Source: a virus (taxonomy: Duplodnaviria; Caudoviricetes). From it: a stretch of 28,559 nt of DNA. Where the stretch lies: positions 1-28,559 of IMG/VR virus record IMGVR_UViG_3300010281_000004, one strand, 5' to 3'. The notes below the pieces were generated by a model, which searched no databases, was not told the DNA's origin, and was given only the letters and a program-made list of their open reading frames with translations. Of the stretch, positions 1-8,024 are shown in pieces. The position numbers were made by a program, and so were the translations under genes. Each line of letters opens with the position of its first letter. Positions within the stretch are counted from its first letter, which is position 1.

Positions 1-1
1 A

Positions 2-403
2 GAAATTAGAGAAAGAGAAGAAACTGAAATAAAGGCAAATTCAGATAAAATTGAAGCACCTTCTTATTTGCCTGAAGAGTTGAAAAATAAATTTTATGAG
101 ATAGCAAAGGAATTAAAAGATATTGGCATTATGAGTAATTTAGATTGTGAAGCTTTAGCAAGGTATCTAACTGCTGAATATCAATACCAATTAGTTACTA
201 CAAAGTTACTTAAATCTAAAAATATAACAGATAAATATTTTCAAATGGTTCAACTACAAGAAAAATTATTTAAGATGGCTAGAAGTTCGGCAGGAGATCT
301 AGGACTTACTATTTCAAGTAGATGTAAATTAGTGATACCTAAAGTAAAAGAGGAAAAGCCAAACAATAAATTTTCTAAGTTTGTTGGTGGTGCAAGTGGA
401 TAA
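2..403 (+). CDS. terS: Terminase small subunit (P27-like family), 5'-truncated by window edge
   Basis: Frame open from position 2 (EIREREETEIKANSDKIEAPSYLP...); LDCEALARY and DLGLTISSRCKL motifs; immediately upstream of terL. Confidence 0.88.
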   Translation, partial: EIREREETEIKANSDKIEAPSYLPEELKNKFYEIAKELKDIGIMSNLDCEALARYLTAEYQYQLVTTKLLKSKNITDKYFQMVQLQEKLFKMARSSAGDLGLTISSRCKLVIPKVKEEKPNNKFSKFVGGASG

Positions 404-2120
404 AATAGATAGAGTAACCCAATATGCCATAGATGTAATTGAAGGAAGAGAGATAGCTGGAGAATATGTCAAATTAGCTTGCCAAAGACACTTGAATGAT
501 TTAGAAAAATCAAAGCTATCAGTATTCAAATATGAATTTGATGTAGAAAAGGCATTAAGAATAATTGAATATGCTGAAACTTTATATATAGCTGAAGGTG
601 AAGAAAAAATTCAACTTCAGCTATATCCATTTCAGGCTTTTATTTTAGGTTCTCTTAATGGGTGGGTGGAAAAAGGAACGGGATACCGCCGATTCCGTAC
701 AAGTTATATTCAGTTAGGTAGACAAAACGGAAAGTCGTTCATAAATGGTATTTTAGGCACATATTATGGAAATTTTGATGGATACAACTATGGCCAGATA
801 TACTGTACTGCTACAAAGGCAGACCAAGCTAAAATAGTATTCAATGAAATGGTGAAATTCATTAATTCTGATGATGATCTTAAGGAATTATTTAAGGTCC
901 AAGAATATAAAAGCACTATTATATGTAATATTACTAATTCAACTATAAAAGCATTAGGAAGAGATACTAAATCTATAGACGGTTTTAGACCGTTACTTGG
1001 TATAGTTGATGAATACCACGCTCATAAGGACAATCAAATGTACAAGCTTCTAGAGGGTGGTATTAAGAAAATGAAACAAGCGCTTATATCTGTTATAACT
1101 ACTGCTGGTTTTGACTTAAATTCACCTTGTTATGAGTTATATGAGTATTGTAAAAACTTGCTTAAAGGTGTATTCAGCAATGAAACACAGTTTGTTTATA
1201 TAGCCCAAATGGATGAGGGAGATGATATATGGGAGCCTACTAATTGGATTAAGGCTAATCCAACTTTAGCTTTTGATAAAGCAGCACTAGAAAATTTAAT
1301 TCCAGTTGCTAATACCGCTAAAGACATGGGCGGAAGTACGTTAAGAGATTTTCTTACTAAGCAGCTAAATATGTGGATCCAATTAACAGACGACCAATAT
1401 ATTAAGAATTTTGACGCTTGGAAGGCTTGTGGAACTGATTTAACATTAAAAGATTTTAAAGACTATGAATGTTATATAGGTTTGGATTTATCTAGCGGTG
1501 GTGATTTAACTAGCTTGGGTATAGTTATTCCTTACTATGAAGATAAGGAAAAGAAATATTTTGTGGATTCACATAGCTTTATCCCAGCCAAAAGATTAGC
1601 GGAACATACAAAAACAGATAATGCTCCATATGATATGTGGAAAATGAAAGGTTTATTAACTGTTACAGAAACTCTTGGCGGAATAAAAACTGACTATAAA
1701 TATATTATTAGTTATCTTAAAGATATTATAGAAAAGCATTCGTTAAGGGTAAAAATGATATGCTATGACCCTCATAATGCAGATGCATTCCTTAGTGATA
1801 TTGAAGAATTAGGATATGATTCAGTAATGATAGTTCAAAGTGCTAGAAATTTAAATGATCCTACAGTAGATTTTAGATTAGAAGTAGAAGCAGGGAATGT
1901 AAGTTACAATAAAGAGAATGGATTATTAACATGGTCTATAGCTAACGCTAAAACCGTTTCTAATAGTTTTGGAGAAATAAAGATAGATAAAGACCTAAGA
2001 ACTAAACGTATAGACCCTGTAGATGCAATAATAGATGCTTGGAAAATGGCTATGAAAGATGAAGGTACACTTAATATTAATGAAGTCACAGAGGACTATC
2101 TCAAAATGATGGGCTGGTAA
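396..2120 (+). CDS. terL: Terminase large subunit
   Basis: Walker A GRQNGKS, Walker B GIVDEYH, ITTAG motif, nuclease GLDLS and RIDPVDA; likely GTG start at 396 after GGTGGTG (ORF track starts at 381). Confidence 0.95.
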   Translation: MDKIDRVTQYAIDVIEGREIAGEYVKLACQRHLNDLEKSKLSVFKYEFDVEKALRIIEYAETLYIAEGEEKIQLQLYPFQAFILGSLNGWVEKGTGYRRFRTSYIQLGRQNGKSFINGILGTYYGNFDGYNYGQIYCTATKADQAKIVFNEMVKFINSDDDLKELFKVQEYKSTIICNITNSTIKALGRDTKSIDGFRPLLGIVDEYHAHKDNQMYKLLEGGIKKMKQALISVITTAGFDLNSPCYELYEYCKNLLKGVFSNETQFVYIAQMDEGDDIWEPTNWIKANPTLAFDKAALENLIPVANTAKDMGGSTLRDFLTKQLNMWIQLTDDQYIKNFDAWKACGTDLTLKDFKDYECYIGLDLSSGGDLTSLGIVIPYYEDKEKKYFVDSHSFIPAKRLAEHTKTDNAPYDMWKMKGLLTVTETLGGIKTDYKYIISYLKDIIEKHSLRVKMICYDPHNADAFLSDIEELGYDSVMIVQSARNLNDPTVDFRLEVEAGNVSYNKENGLLTWSIANAKTVSNSFGEIKIDKDLRTKRIDPVDAIIDAWKMAMKDEGTLNINEVTEDYLKMMGW

Positions 2121-2133
2121 AGGAGGTGAGAAA

Positions 2134-3396
2134 ATGAATGTATTAAGCAGAATTGCAAGAGGGATAAAGAACGCCATTACTCCACAAAAGTCGGTTGATA
2201 TGCAAAGCAAGGAATTATTAGAATGGCTTGGTATTGCAGGAACTTCAAAAAAAGTAGAAAGTGAAGTAACCTATTTTACCTGCCTTAAAATGTTATCTGA
2301 AACCTTAGCTAAAATGCCTTTAAAATTCTATCAAGAAACAGAAAAAGGCATTGTTAAGGCAAAATCTAATGATGCGCATAATCTTTTGAAAATAAGACCT
2401 AATCCAATAATGACACCAACTATATTCTGGTCTACCATAGAGCAGAATAGAAACCACTATGGAAATGCTTATGTATGGATTAGAAAGAAATTCAAGAAAC
2501 AAAGATATGGTGGAGAGTTAAAAATACAAGACCTTTGGATCATGCCTACAGAAGATGTAACAGTTTTAATAGATGATGAAGGAATTTTTGAGGGAAGAGG
2601 GCGAATGTGGTACAAATACCATGATAAATATTCTAAAAGAGATTATATCTTTTCTAGTGAAGATGTAATGCATTTTAAAACTTCTCATAGTTTTGATGGA
2701 ATATTAGGAGCTCCAGTAAGAGATATTCTTAAAAGCACTCTAGAAGGTGGCCTTGAAAGTCAAGAATTTATGAATAATCTTTACAAAACTGGCCTTACTG
2801 CAAAGGCTGTACTTGAATACACCGGGGATTTAGATAAAACTGCAAAAGAAAGACTTGTAAAAGGTTTTGAGGATTTTGCTAATGGTTCTAAGAATGCGGG
2901 GAAAATTATTCCGGTTCCACTTGGAATGAAATTAGTTCCTTTAGATTTAAAACTTACAGATAGTCAATTCTTTGAATTAAAGAAGTTTAATGCTCTTCAA
3001 ATAGCAGGAGCTTTTGGGATAAAACCTAATCAAATAAATGATTATGAGAAAAGCTCTTATGCTAATTCAGAAATGCAACAACTTAGTTTTTATGTAGATA
3101 CAGAGTTGTTTATATTAAAGCAATATGAAGAGGAGTTAAATTATAAGCTATTAACAGATAGTGAAATAAAAGAAGGTTATTTTTTTAAATTCAATGAAAA
3201 AGTGATTTTAAGAACAGATAGTAAATCTCAAATGGAAAGTTTATCAAAAGCTGTTAACAATGGAATTTATACACCTAATGAAGCAAGAAGTTACTTAGAT
3301 ATGCCTTCAAAAGAGGGCGGAGATGTACTTGTAATGAATGGTAACTATATACCAATAAATATGGTTGGGAAGCAATACTCGAAAGGAGGTGACTAG
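2134..3396 (+). CDS. Portal protein, HK97 family
   Basis: AGGAGGTG RBS; YGNAYV, DVMHFK, SQFFELKKF..LQIAGAFGI and GIYTPNEAR motifs; position after terL. Confidence 0.95.
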   Translation: MNVLSRIARGIKNAITPQKSVDMQSKELLEWLGIAGTSKKVESEVTYFTCLKMLSETLAKMPLKFYQETEKGIVKAKSNDAHNLLKIRPNPIMTPTIFWSTIEQNRNHYGNAYVWIRKKFKKQRYGGELKIQDLWIMPTEDVTVLIDDEGIFEGRGRMWYKYHDKYSKRDYIFSSEDVMHFKTSHSFDGILGAPVRDILKSTLEGGLESQEFMNNLYKTGLTAKAVLEYTGDLDKTAKERLVKGFEDFANGSKNAGKIIPVPLGMKLVPLDLKLTDSQFFELKKFNALQIAGAFGIKPNQINDYEKSSYANSEMQQLSFYVDTELFILKQYEEELNYKLLTDSEIKEGYFFKFNEKVILRTDSKSQMESLSKAVNNGIYTPNEARSYLDMPSKEGGDVLVMNGNYIPINMVGKQYSKGGD

Positions 3397-4110
3397 GTGA
3401 AAAAATATTGGGAATTTAAAAACAAAACCTCAACTGAAGCAGATTTATATTTGTATATAGAAATAGCTAGTTGGGGGGCAGGATATTCAGCACATTCAGC
3501 GCAAAGTTTCAAACAAGAACTGGATAATTTAGGAGAAATAGAAACTTTGAATATTTACATTAATAGTCCTGGCGGTGATGTATTTGAAGGCAACACTATA
3601 ATGAATATGTTAAAACGTAAAAAATGTACTAAGAATGTGTATATTGATGGTTTAGCAGCAAGTATTGCGAGTGTCATAGCAATGGCTGGGGACAAAATAA
3701 TAATGCCAAGCAATGCTATGATGATGATCCATAATGCATGGACTTATGCAATAGGAAATTCCAAAGATTTAAGAAAACTTGCAGATGATTTAGATAAAGT
3801 TAATGCAAGTATTAGGCAAGCTTACTTAGATAAGGCTGGCGATAAACTAGATGAAGAAACATTGATAAATTTAATGGATAATGAAACTTGGTTAACAGCA
3901 CAAGAGTGTTTTGATTATGGTTTGTGTGATGTAGTTGGAGAAGATAAGAATATTGCAGCTAAATTTGATTTGAATTTACTAAATCAATATAAGAATATTC
4001 CTGTAAATTATGTTTTGAAGCAAGCTGAAGCTAAGAATAATAATCAACAAGTAATAGATAAATTAGAAGAAGAGAAAAGAGCAATTTTAGAGGATTTAGA
4101 TTTAATCTAA
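3397..4110 (+). CDS. Prohead maturation protease, ClpP-like
   Basis: GTG start after AGGAGGTG; INSPGGDV, IDGLAASIAS, MMIHNAW and ETWLTAQE motifs. Confidence 0.93.
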   Translation: MKKYWEFKNKTSTEADLYLYIEIASWGAGYSAHSAQSFKQELDNLGEIETLNIYINSPGGDVFEGNTIMNMLKRKKCTKNVYIDGLAASIASVIAMAGDKIIMPSNAMMMIHNAWTYAIGNSKDLRKLADDLDKVNASIRQAYLDKAGDKLDEETLINLMDNETWLTAQECFDYGLCDVVGEDKNIAAKFDLNLLNQYKNIPVNYVLKQAEAKNNNQQVIDKLEEEKRAILEDLDLI

Positions 4111-4120
4111 GTCTTTTTTT
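4091..4120 (+). terminator. Hairpin plus T-tract overlapping the protease stop (weak terminator or RNA processing/stability hairpin)
   Basis: AGGATTTAGAT-tta-ATCTAAGTCTT followed by T run. Confidence 0.45.
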
Positions 4121-4155
4121 GTTGAAAATTTTTATAAGAAAGGTGGAATTAATTA

Positions 4156-5304
4156 ATGAACAAAGAGTTAAGAGAATTACTAGACAAAATTAATGCAAAA
4201 AAAGCAGAGGTTAAAAATTTAGTTAGTGAAAATAAAATTGATGAAGCAAAAGCTGCTAAAGAAGAACTTATAAACTTACAAGCTAAGTTTGATGTTCTAT
4301 ATGATCTAGAGGAAGAAAAGGAAGAAGAAATGAAAAATAAAATTGAAAATGGAGAAGGGAAAGAAATAAGCGATAAAGTTAATGATCCGATAAAAGAATT
4401 TGCAAATGCAGCAAGACAAGGTTTTAAAATACAAAACACTATGTCAACAGGAGTTGATGCAGATGGTGGCTATGTAGTTCCTCAGGACATTCAAACTAAG
4501 ATTAATGAATATAAGGAAGCTAAAAAATCCTTAAAAGATTTAGTAGATGTAGAAAAGGTTACTACTAACAAAGGTCAAAGAACTTTTAAGAAGAGAGCTC
4601 AACAAACTGGATTTACTAAAGTAGGCGAAGGTGGAAAGATAGGAGCTAAAGCTACTCCACAATTTGAAAGACTTAGCTTTGAAATTGAAAAGTACGCAGG
4701 TTATTTCCCTGTTACGAATGAACTTTTAAAGGATTCAGACCAATCAATAGTTAATACATTAGTAGAATGGATTGGAGATGAATCAAGAGTTACTGCAAAT
4801 AAATTAATTTTAGCAGAAATTAATGCTGGATTTGAAGCAGTTGCTCTAAATGGATTAGATGACATTAAGAAAGCTTTAAATGTAACTTTAGGTCAAGCAT
4901 TTAAACCTACATCCAAAATAGTTACTAATGATGATGGACTTCAATATTTAGATACATTAAAAGATGAGAAGGGGAACTACTTATTACAACCTAGTCCACA
5001 AGATCCAATGCAATTAAGATTATGCGCTGGCGCTACTACAATTCCTGTAGAAGTATTCCCTAACACTGACATGCCAACAGTAGACAACAAAATTCCATTC
5101 ATCATAGGCGATTTTAAGGAAGCTATAAAGTTCTTTGATAGAGAATTAACTACCATCAAGCAATCTGACGTGGCTGTAATAGGAGATTTAAATGCATTTG
5201 AAGAAGATTTAACTTTATTCAGAGCAATTGAAAGAGAAGATGTAGTTGTCAAGGATAATATGGCATTAGTTAATGGATATATTGCTACTGAAGAAACTCC
5301 CTAA
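4156..5304 (+). CDS. Major capsid protein, HK97 fold, with N-terminal coiled-coil delta domain
   Basis: Charged N-terminal scaffold; DGGYVVPQD, VTNELLKDS, LKDEKGNYLLQP and IGDFKE motifs. Confidence 0.95.
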   Translation: MNKELRELLDKINAKKAEVKNLVSENKIDEAKAAKEELINLQAKFDVLYDLEEEKEEEMKNKIENGEGKEISDKVNDPIKEFANAARQGFKIQNTMSTGVDADGGYVVPQDIQTKINEYKEAKKSLKDLVDVEKVTTNKGQRTFKKRAQQTGFTKVGEGGKIGAKATPQFERLSFEIEKYAGYFPVTNELLKDSDQSIVNTLVEWIGDESRVTANKLILAEINAGFEAVALNGLDDIKKALNVTLGQAFKPTSKIVTNDDGLQYLDTLKDEKGNYLLQPSPQDPMQLRLCAGATTIPVEVFPNTDMPTVDNKIPFIIGDFKEAIKFFDRELTTIKQSDVAVIGDLNAFEEDLTLFRAIEREDVVVKDNMALVNGYIATEETP

Positions 5305-5467
5305 TGAAGCCCCAATGATGGTATCTGTGGATAAGGGGCAAGAAATTGATTATAATTCACTAACTGTAGCAGAATTAAAATCAATAGCTGAAGAAAAAGG
5401 AATTAAAATAACATCCTCAATGAGAAAGGCTGATATAATACAAGCTATTTTGGAGAGTGAGATATAA
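5303..5467 (+). CDS. Rho-N/HeH-like helical domain; probably a +1 frameshift extension of the capsid protein rather than an independent gene
   Basis: YNSLTVAELKSIAEEKGIKITSSMRKADIIQAI; lies in the +1 frame across capsid CCC-TAA (5299-5304); no Shine-Dalgarno before the ATGs at 5315/5318. Confidence 0.7.
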   Translation, partial: NEAPMMVSVDKGQEIDYNSLTVAELKSIAEEKGIKITSSMRKADIIQAILESEI

Positions 5468-5483
5468 TTCTCATTCTCTTTTT
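5453..5483 (+). terminator. Intrinsic terminator after capsid/extension
   Basis: GAGAGTGAGA-tataat-TCTCATTCTC followed by TTTTT. Confidence 0.6.
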
Positions 5484-5496
5484 GCGAGGTGATAGA

Positions 5497-5775
5497 TTGG
5501 ACTTAGAAGAATTGAAATTATTTCTTAGAATAGACACAGAGGAAGAAGATACTCTAATTCAAGGCCTTCAATTTTCAGCAGAAGAATATTTGCTTAATGC
5601 TGGAATAAATAAAGATTACTCGAAAGAACTGTATAAACTTGCTGTAAAAATATTAGTATCTCATTGGTATGAGAATAGAAATGTTGAAACTATAGGAAAA
5701 AATATAAGTAAAATAGCTTTTGGATTAGACACTATAATAACTCAACTGAAATACAGCCAAGGTGATGATGTATGA
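5497..5775 (+). CDS. Head-tail connector (HK97 gp6/SPP1 gp15-like)
   Basis: TTG start after GAGGTG; LEELKLFLRID..EED.LI and LVSHWYENR motifs. Confidence 0.9.
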   Translation: MDLEELKLFLRIDTEEEDTLIQGLQFSAEEYLLNAGINKDYSKELYKLAVKILVSHWYENRNVETIGKNISKIAFGLDTIITQLKYSQGDDV

Positions 5776-6104
5776 ATATAGGTCAATTAAAACATAGAAT
5801 AGAATTTCAAAGGCTAGAAACAACTTACGATAATGAAGGTTTTCCAATAGAAGATTATGTTACTTTTCAAAAAGCCTGGGCTGATGTTAATGACCTATAT
5901 GGGAAAGAATACTGGGACAGTAAGCAGATTGTTTCTGAAAATATAACAGTATTTCATACTAGATACCTCAAAAATATAGATACGAATTCCTTTATACTTT
6001 TCAGAGGGCAAAGGTATGAAATTATTGAGATAGACAATGTTAAATACCTAAATAAAGAGCTGAAAATTAAAGCTAAATTACAGGTGATTAACAATGGCAA
6101 TTGA
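5772..6104 (+). CDS. Head closure / head-tail adaptor (SPP1 gp16-like)
   Basis: MNIGQLKHRIEFQ, AWADV, G.EYW and RYEI..IDN motifs; synteny. Confidence 0.88.
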   Translation: MNIGQLKHRIEFQRLETTYDNEGFPIEDYVTFQKAWADVNDLYGKEYWDSKQIVSENITVFHTRYLKNIDTNSFILFRGQRYEIIEIDNVKYLNKELKIKAKLQVINNGN

Positions 6105-6441
6105 AATTAAAGGCTTTGATGATATTTTTAAAGACCTTGATGATATGAATATTTCAGACCAAAAGAAAAGAGCGTCATTAAAGGAAGGGGCTGAAATAGT
6201 AAGACAAGCTGTTATAGATAATTCTCCGGTTAGAACAGGAAAAATGAAAAAGAGATGGAAAAGTACAATAAAAAGATTTGATGGAAATCTAGGCTTTGAA
6301 ATTCGTGGAGATACAGTTCAAGATATAGAAAATGAATTTGGATCAAGTAAAAATAAAAAACATATAGGATTTTTTAGTAAAGCTGTAGATAGAGTATCTG
6401 AAAAAGCAGTAAACACTATAGTTAAGGGGGTACTTAAGTAA
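6094..6441 (+). CDS. HK97 gp10-like neck protein
   Basis: SPVRTGKMK and EFGSSK...GFFSKA motifs; synteny. Confidence 0.85.
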   Translation: MAIEIKGFDDIFKDLDDMNISDQKKRASLKEGAEIVRQAVIDNSPVRTGKMKKRWKSTIKRFDGNLGFEIRGDTVQDIENEFGSSKNKKHIGFFSKAVDRVSEKAVNTIVKGVLK

Positions 6442-6785
6442 TGGAAAGCTTAATAAGACAGGTATTATTCGATAAAAGAATTAGCGATTTGGTAAATAAT
6501 AAAATCTATCTCTTAAAAGCTCCAGATAATACTGAAGCACCTTATATAGAATACGAAATTATAGATGAAAATGGCTCGTTATATGCTGAGAATGAAGAAA
6601 TTGCAACTACCTATAGGGTACAAGTAGATATATTTACCAAGGGAAGTTATACAGCTATTAGAAAGGCTGTAAAAGAAGTTATGAAAGAAAATGGATTTGC
6701 GAAGGAGTTTGGTGGTTCTTTATATGAAGAAGATACCAAGCTCTTTCATTATATTTTGAGATTTAATATAGAAAGTGAGGAATGA
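6441..6785 (+). CDS. Tail terminator / tail completion protein
   Basis: PYIEY, VQVDIF and LYEEDTKLFHYILRF motifs; position before tail tube. Confidence 0.8.
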   Translation: MESLIRQVLFDKRISDLVNNKIYLLKAPDNTEAPYIEYEIIDENGSLYAENEEIATTYRVQVDIFTKGSYTAIRKAVKEVMKENGFAKEFGGSLYEEDTKLFHYILRFNIESEE

Positions 6786-6787
6786 AA

Positions 6788-7366
6788 ATGTCAAAGAAAA
6801 TTACTACAGGTGTAGAGAAAGCATATTATGCTATCTTAACACAAGATGGAGAAAATCCTACTTATGAACAAGCGAAGTATCTGCCTGGATTAAGAGAAAT
6901 TTCTGTTACAGCTAACGAAGAACAGGCGACAATATATGCTGAAAACAGATTATATGATAGTGAAAATTCTTTAGGGGAAATAGAAGTTACATTGGATTTT
7001 GCTTCTATTGATACAAGTGATTATGCTGCGCTTTTTGGAAAAAAACTTGCGCAAAGCGGAGGGATAATTGAAAGTGCTGATGATCAACCACCTTATATAG
7101 CTTTAATGGTAGAAAAAACATTAAGCGGTGGAGTTAAAGAATATTTGACTTTATACAAAGGCAAATTAAGTTTACCAGAGGATAAAGCAAAAACTAAAGA
7201 AGGAAAAACAGAATATCAAACTGTTTCGCTTTCAGGAATATTTATGCCTTTAGAAAATGGAATATGGAAATATTCAGTAAAAACAACTGATGCTGGTTTT
7301 AATCCAGAAACTCACGCGCAAACTTGGGGCAAAACAGTATTTATTCCAGAGGAAAAGACAGAGTAA
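6788..7366 (+). CDS. Major tail (tube) protein, phi13-like family
   Basis: GVEKAYYA, IYAEN, DQPPYIAL and LYKGK motifs; ATG at 6788 has better spacing from GAGG than 6782. Confidence 0.9.
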   Translation: MSKKITTGVEKAYYAILTQDGENPTYEQAKYLPGLREISVTANEEQATIYAENRLYDSENSLGEIEVTLDFASIDTSDYAALFGKKLAQSGGIIESADDQPPYIALMVEKTLSGGVKEYLTLYKGKLSLPEDKAKTKEGKTEYQTVSLSGIFMPLENGIWKYSVKTTDAGFNPETHAQTWGKTVFIPEEKTE

Positions 7367-7369
7367 TAT

Positions 7370-7394
7370 AGGGTAGCTATTTAGCTACCTTTTT
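7370..7394 (+). terminator. Intrinsic terminator after major tail gene
   Basis: GGTAGCTA-tt-TAGCTACC followed by TTTTT. Confidence 0.7.
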
Positions 7395-7413
7395 ATTTTA
7401 AAAGGAGGAATTT

Positions 7414-7770
7414 ATGCTAGTAAATGAAATTAAAACTTATAAAATCAATATAAATGGTGAAGAAATAGAGCTAAAGCTAGATTTTAATGCACTAATAAAA
7501 ATGCATAAAGAATACGGAAACGCTTTTTTATTAATTTATAATTATGCTTTTGAAAATGATTTTGAAAAGCTGCCTGCAATTATAAGGTGCATGGCCAATA
7601 AAGAAATTTCAGAAGAAGATATTAAAAGTAATATGATGATTAATATAAAAGCTATTGAAACGCTAAGTAATATAACCTTGGATTTGCTTAATCAAGAGCT
7701 ATCGGATGTATCAGAATTTAAGGTTAAATCAGAAGTAAAAAAAAATCAAAAAGTAGAGAAAAAGAAGTAG
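7414..7770 (+). CDS. Tail assembly chaperone (gpG equivalent)
   Basis: AGGAGG RBS; INGEEIELKLDFNAL motif; between tail tube and tape measure; A9 slippery run at 7737-7745. Confidence 0.85.
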   Translation: MLVNEIKTYKININGEEIELKLDFNALIKMHKEYGNAFLLIYNYAFENDFEKLPAIIRCMANKEISEEDIKSNMMINIKAIETLSNITLDLLNQELSDVSEFKVKSEVKKNQKVEKKK

Positions 7771-8009
7771 AAATAAAAGATTTCAACTTAGATTATTACT
7801 ACTATATTGCAAGATATCAACTTAATATGTCAGAGGAACAATTCTTAAACTCTACATTAAGACAAATTCTAATTTTAGAAGAATTCCATAGCAATTATTT
7901 TAAAAATAATTTAAGAGAAATTGTAGGAGAAACAATTGATTCAATGTTTGGTAATTCAAATGATGAAGAGGAAGAAATATATGTAGAAAGTTTTTCAGAC
8001 CTTTTTTAA
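7743..8009 (+). CDS. Tail assembly chaperone -1 frameshift extension (gpT part of gpGT)
   Basis: -1 frame open from the A9 run: KSKSREKEVEIKDFNLDYYYYIARYQLNMSEEQFLNSTLRQI...; no RBS before ATG 7827. Confidence 0.78.
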   Translation, partial: KSKSREKEVEIKDFNLDYYYYIARYQLNMSEEQFLNSTLRQILILEEFHSNYFKNNLREIVGETIDSMFGNSNDEEEEIYVESFSDLF

Positions 8010-8024
8010 GAAGGAGGTGAAAAT

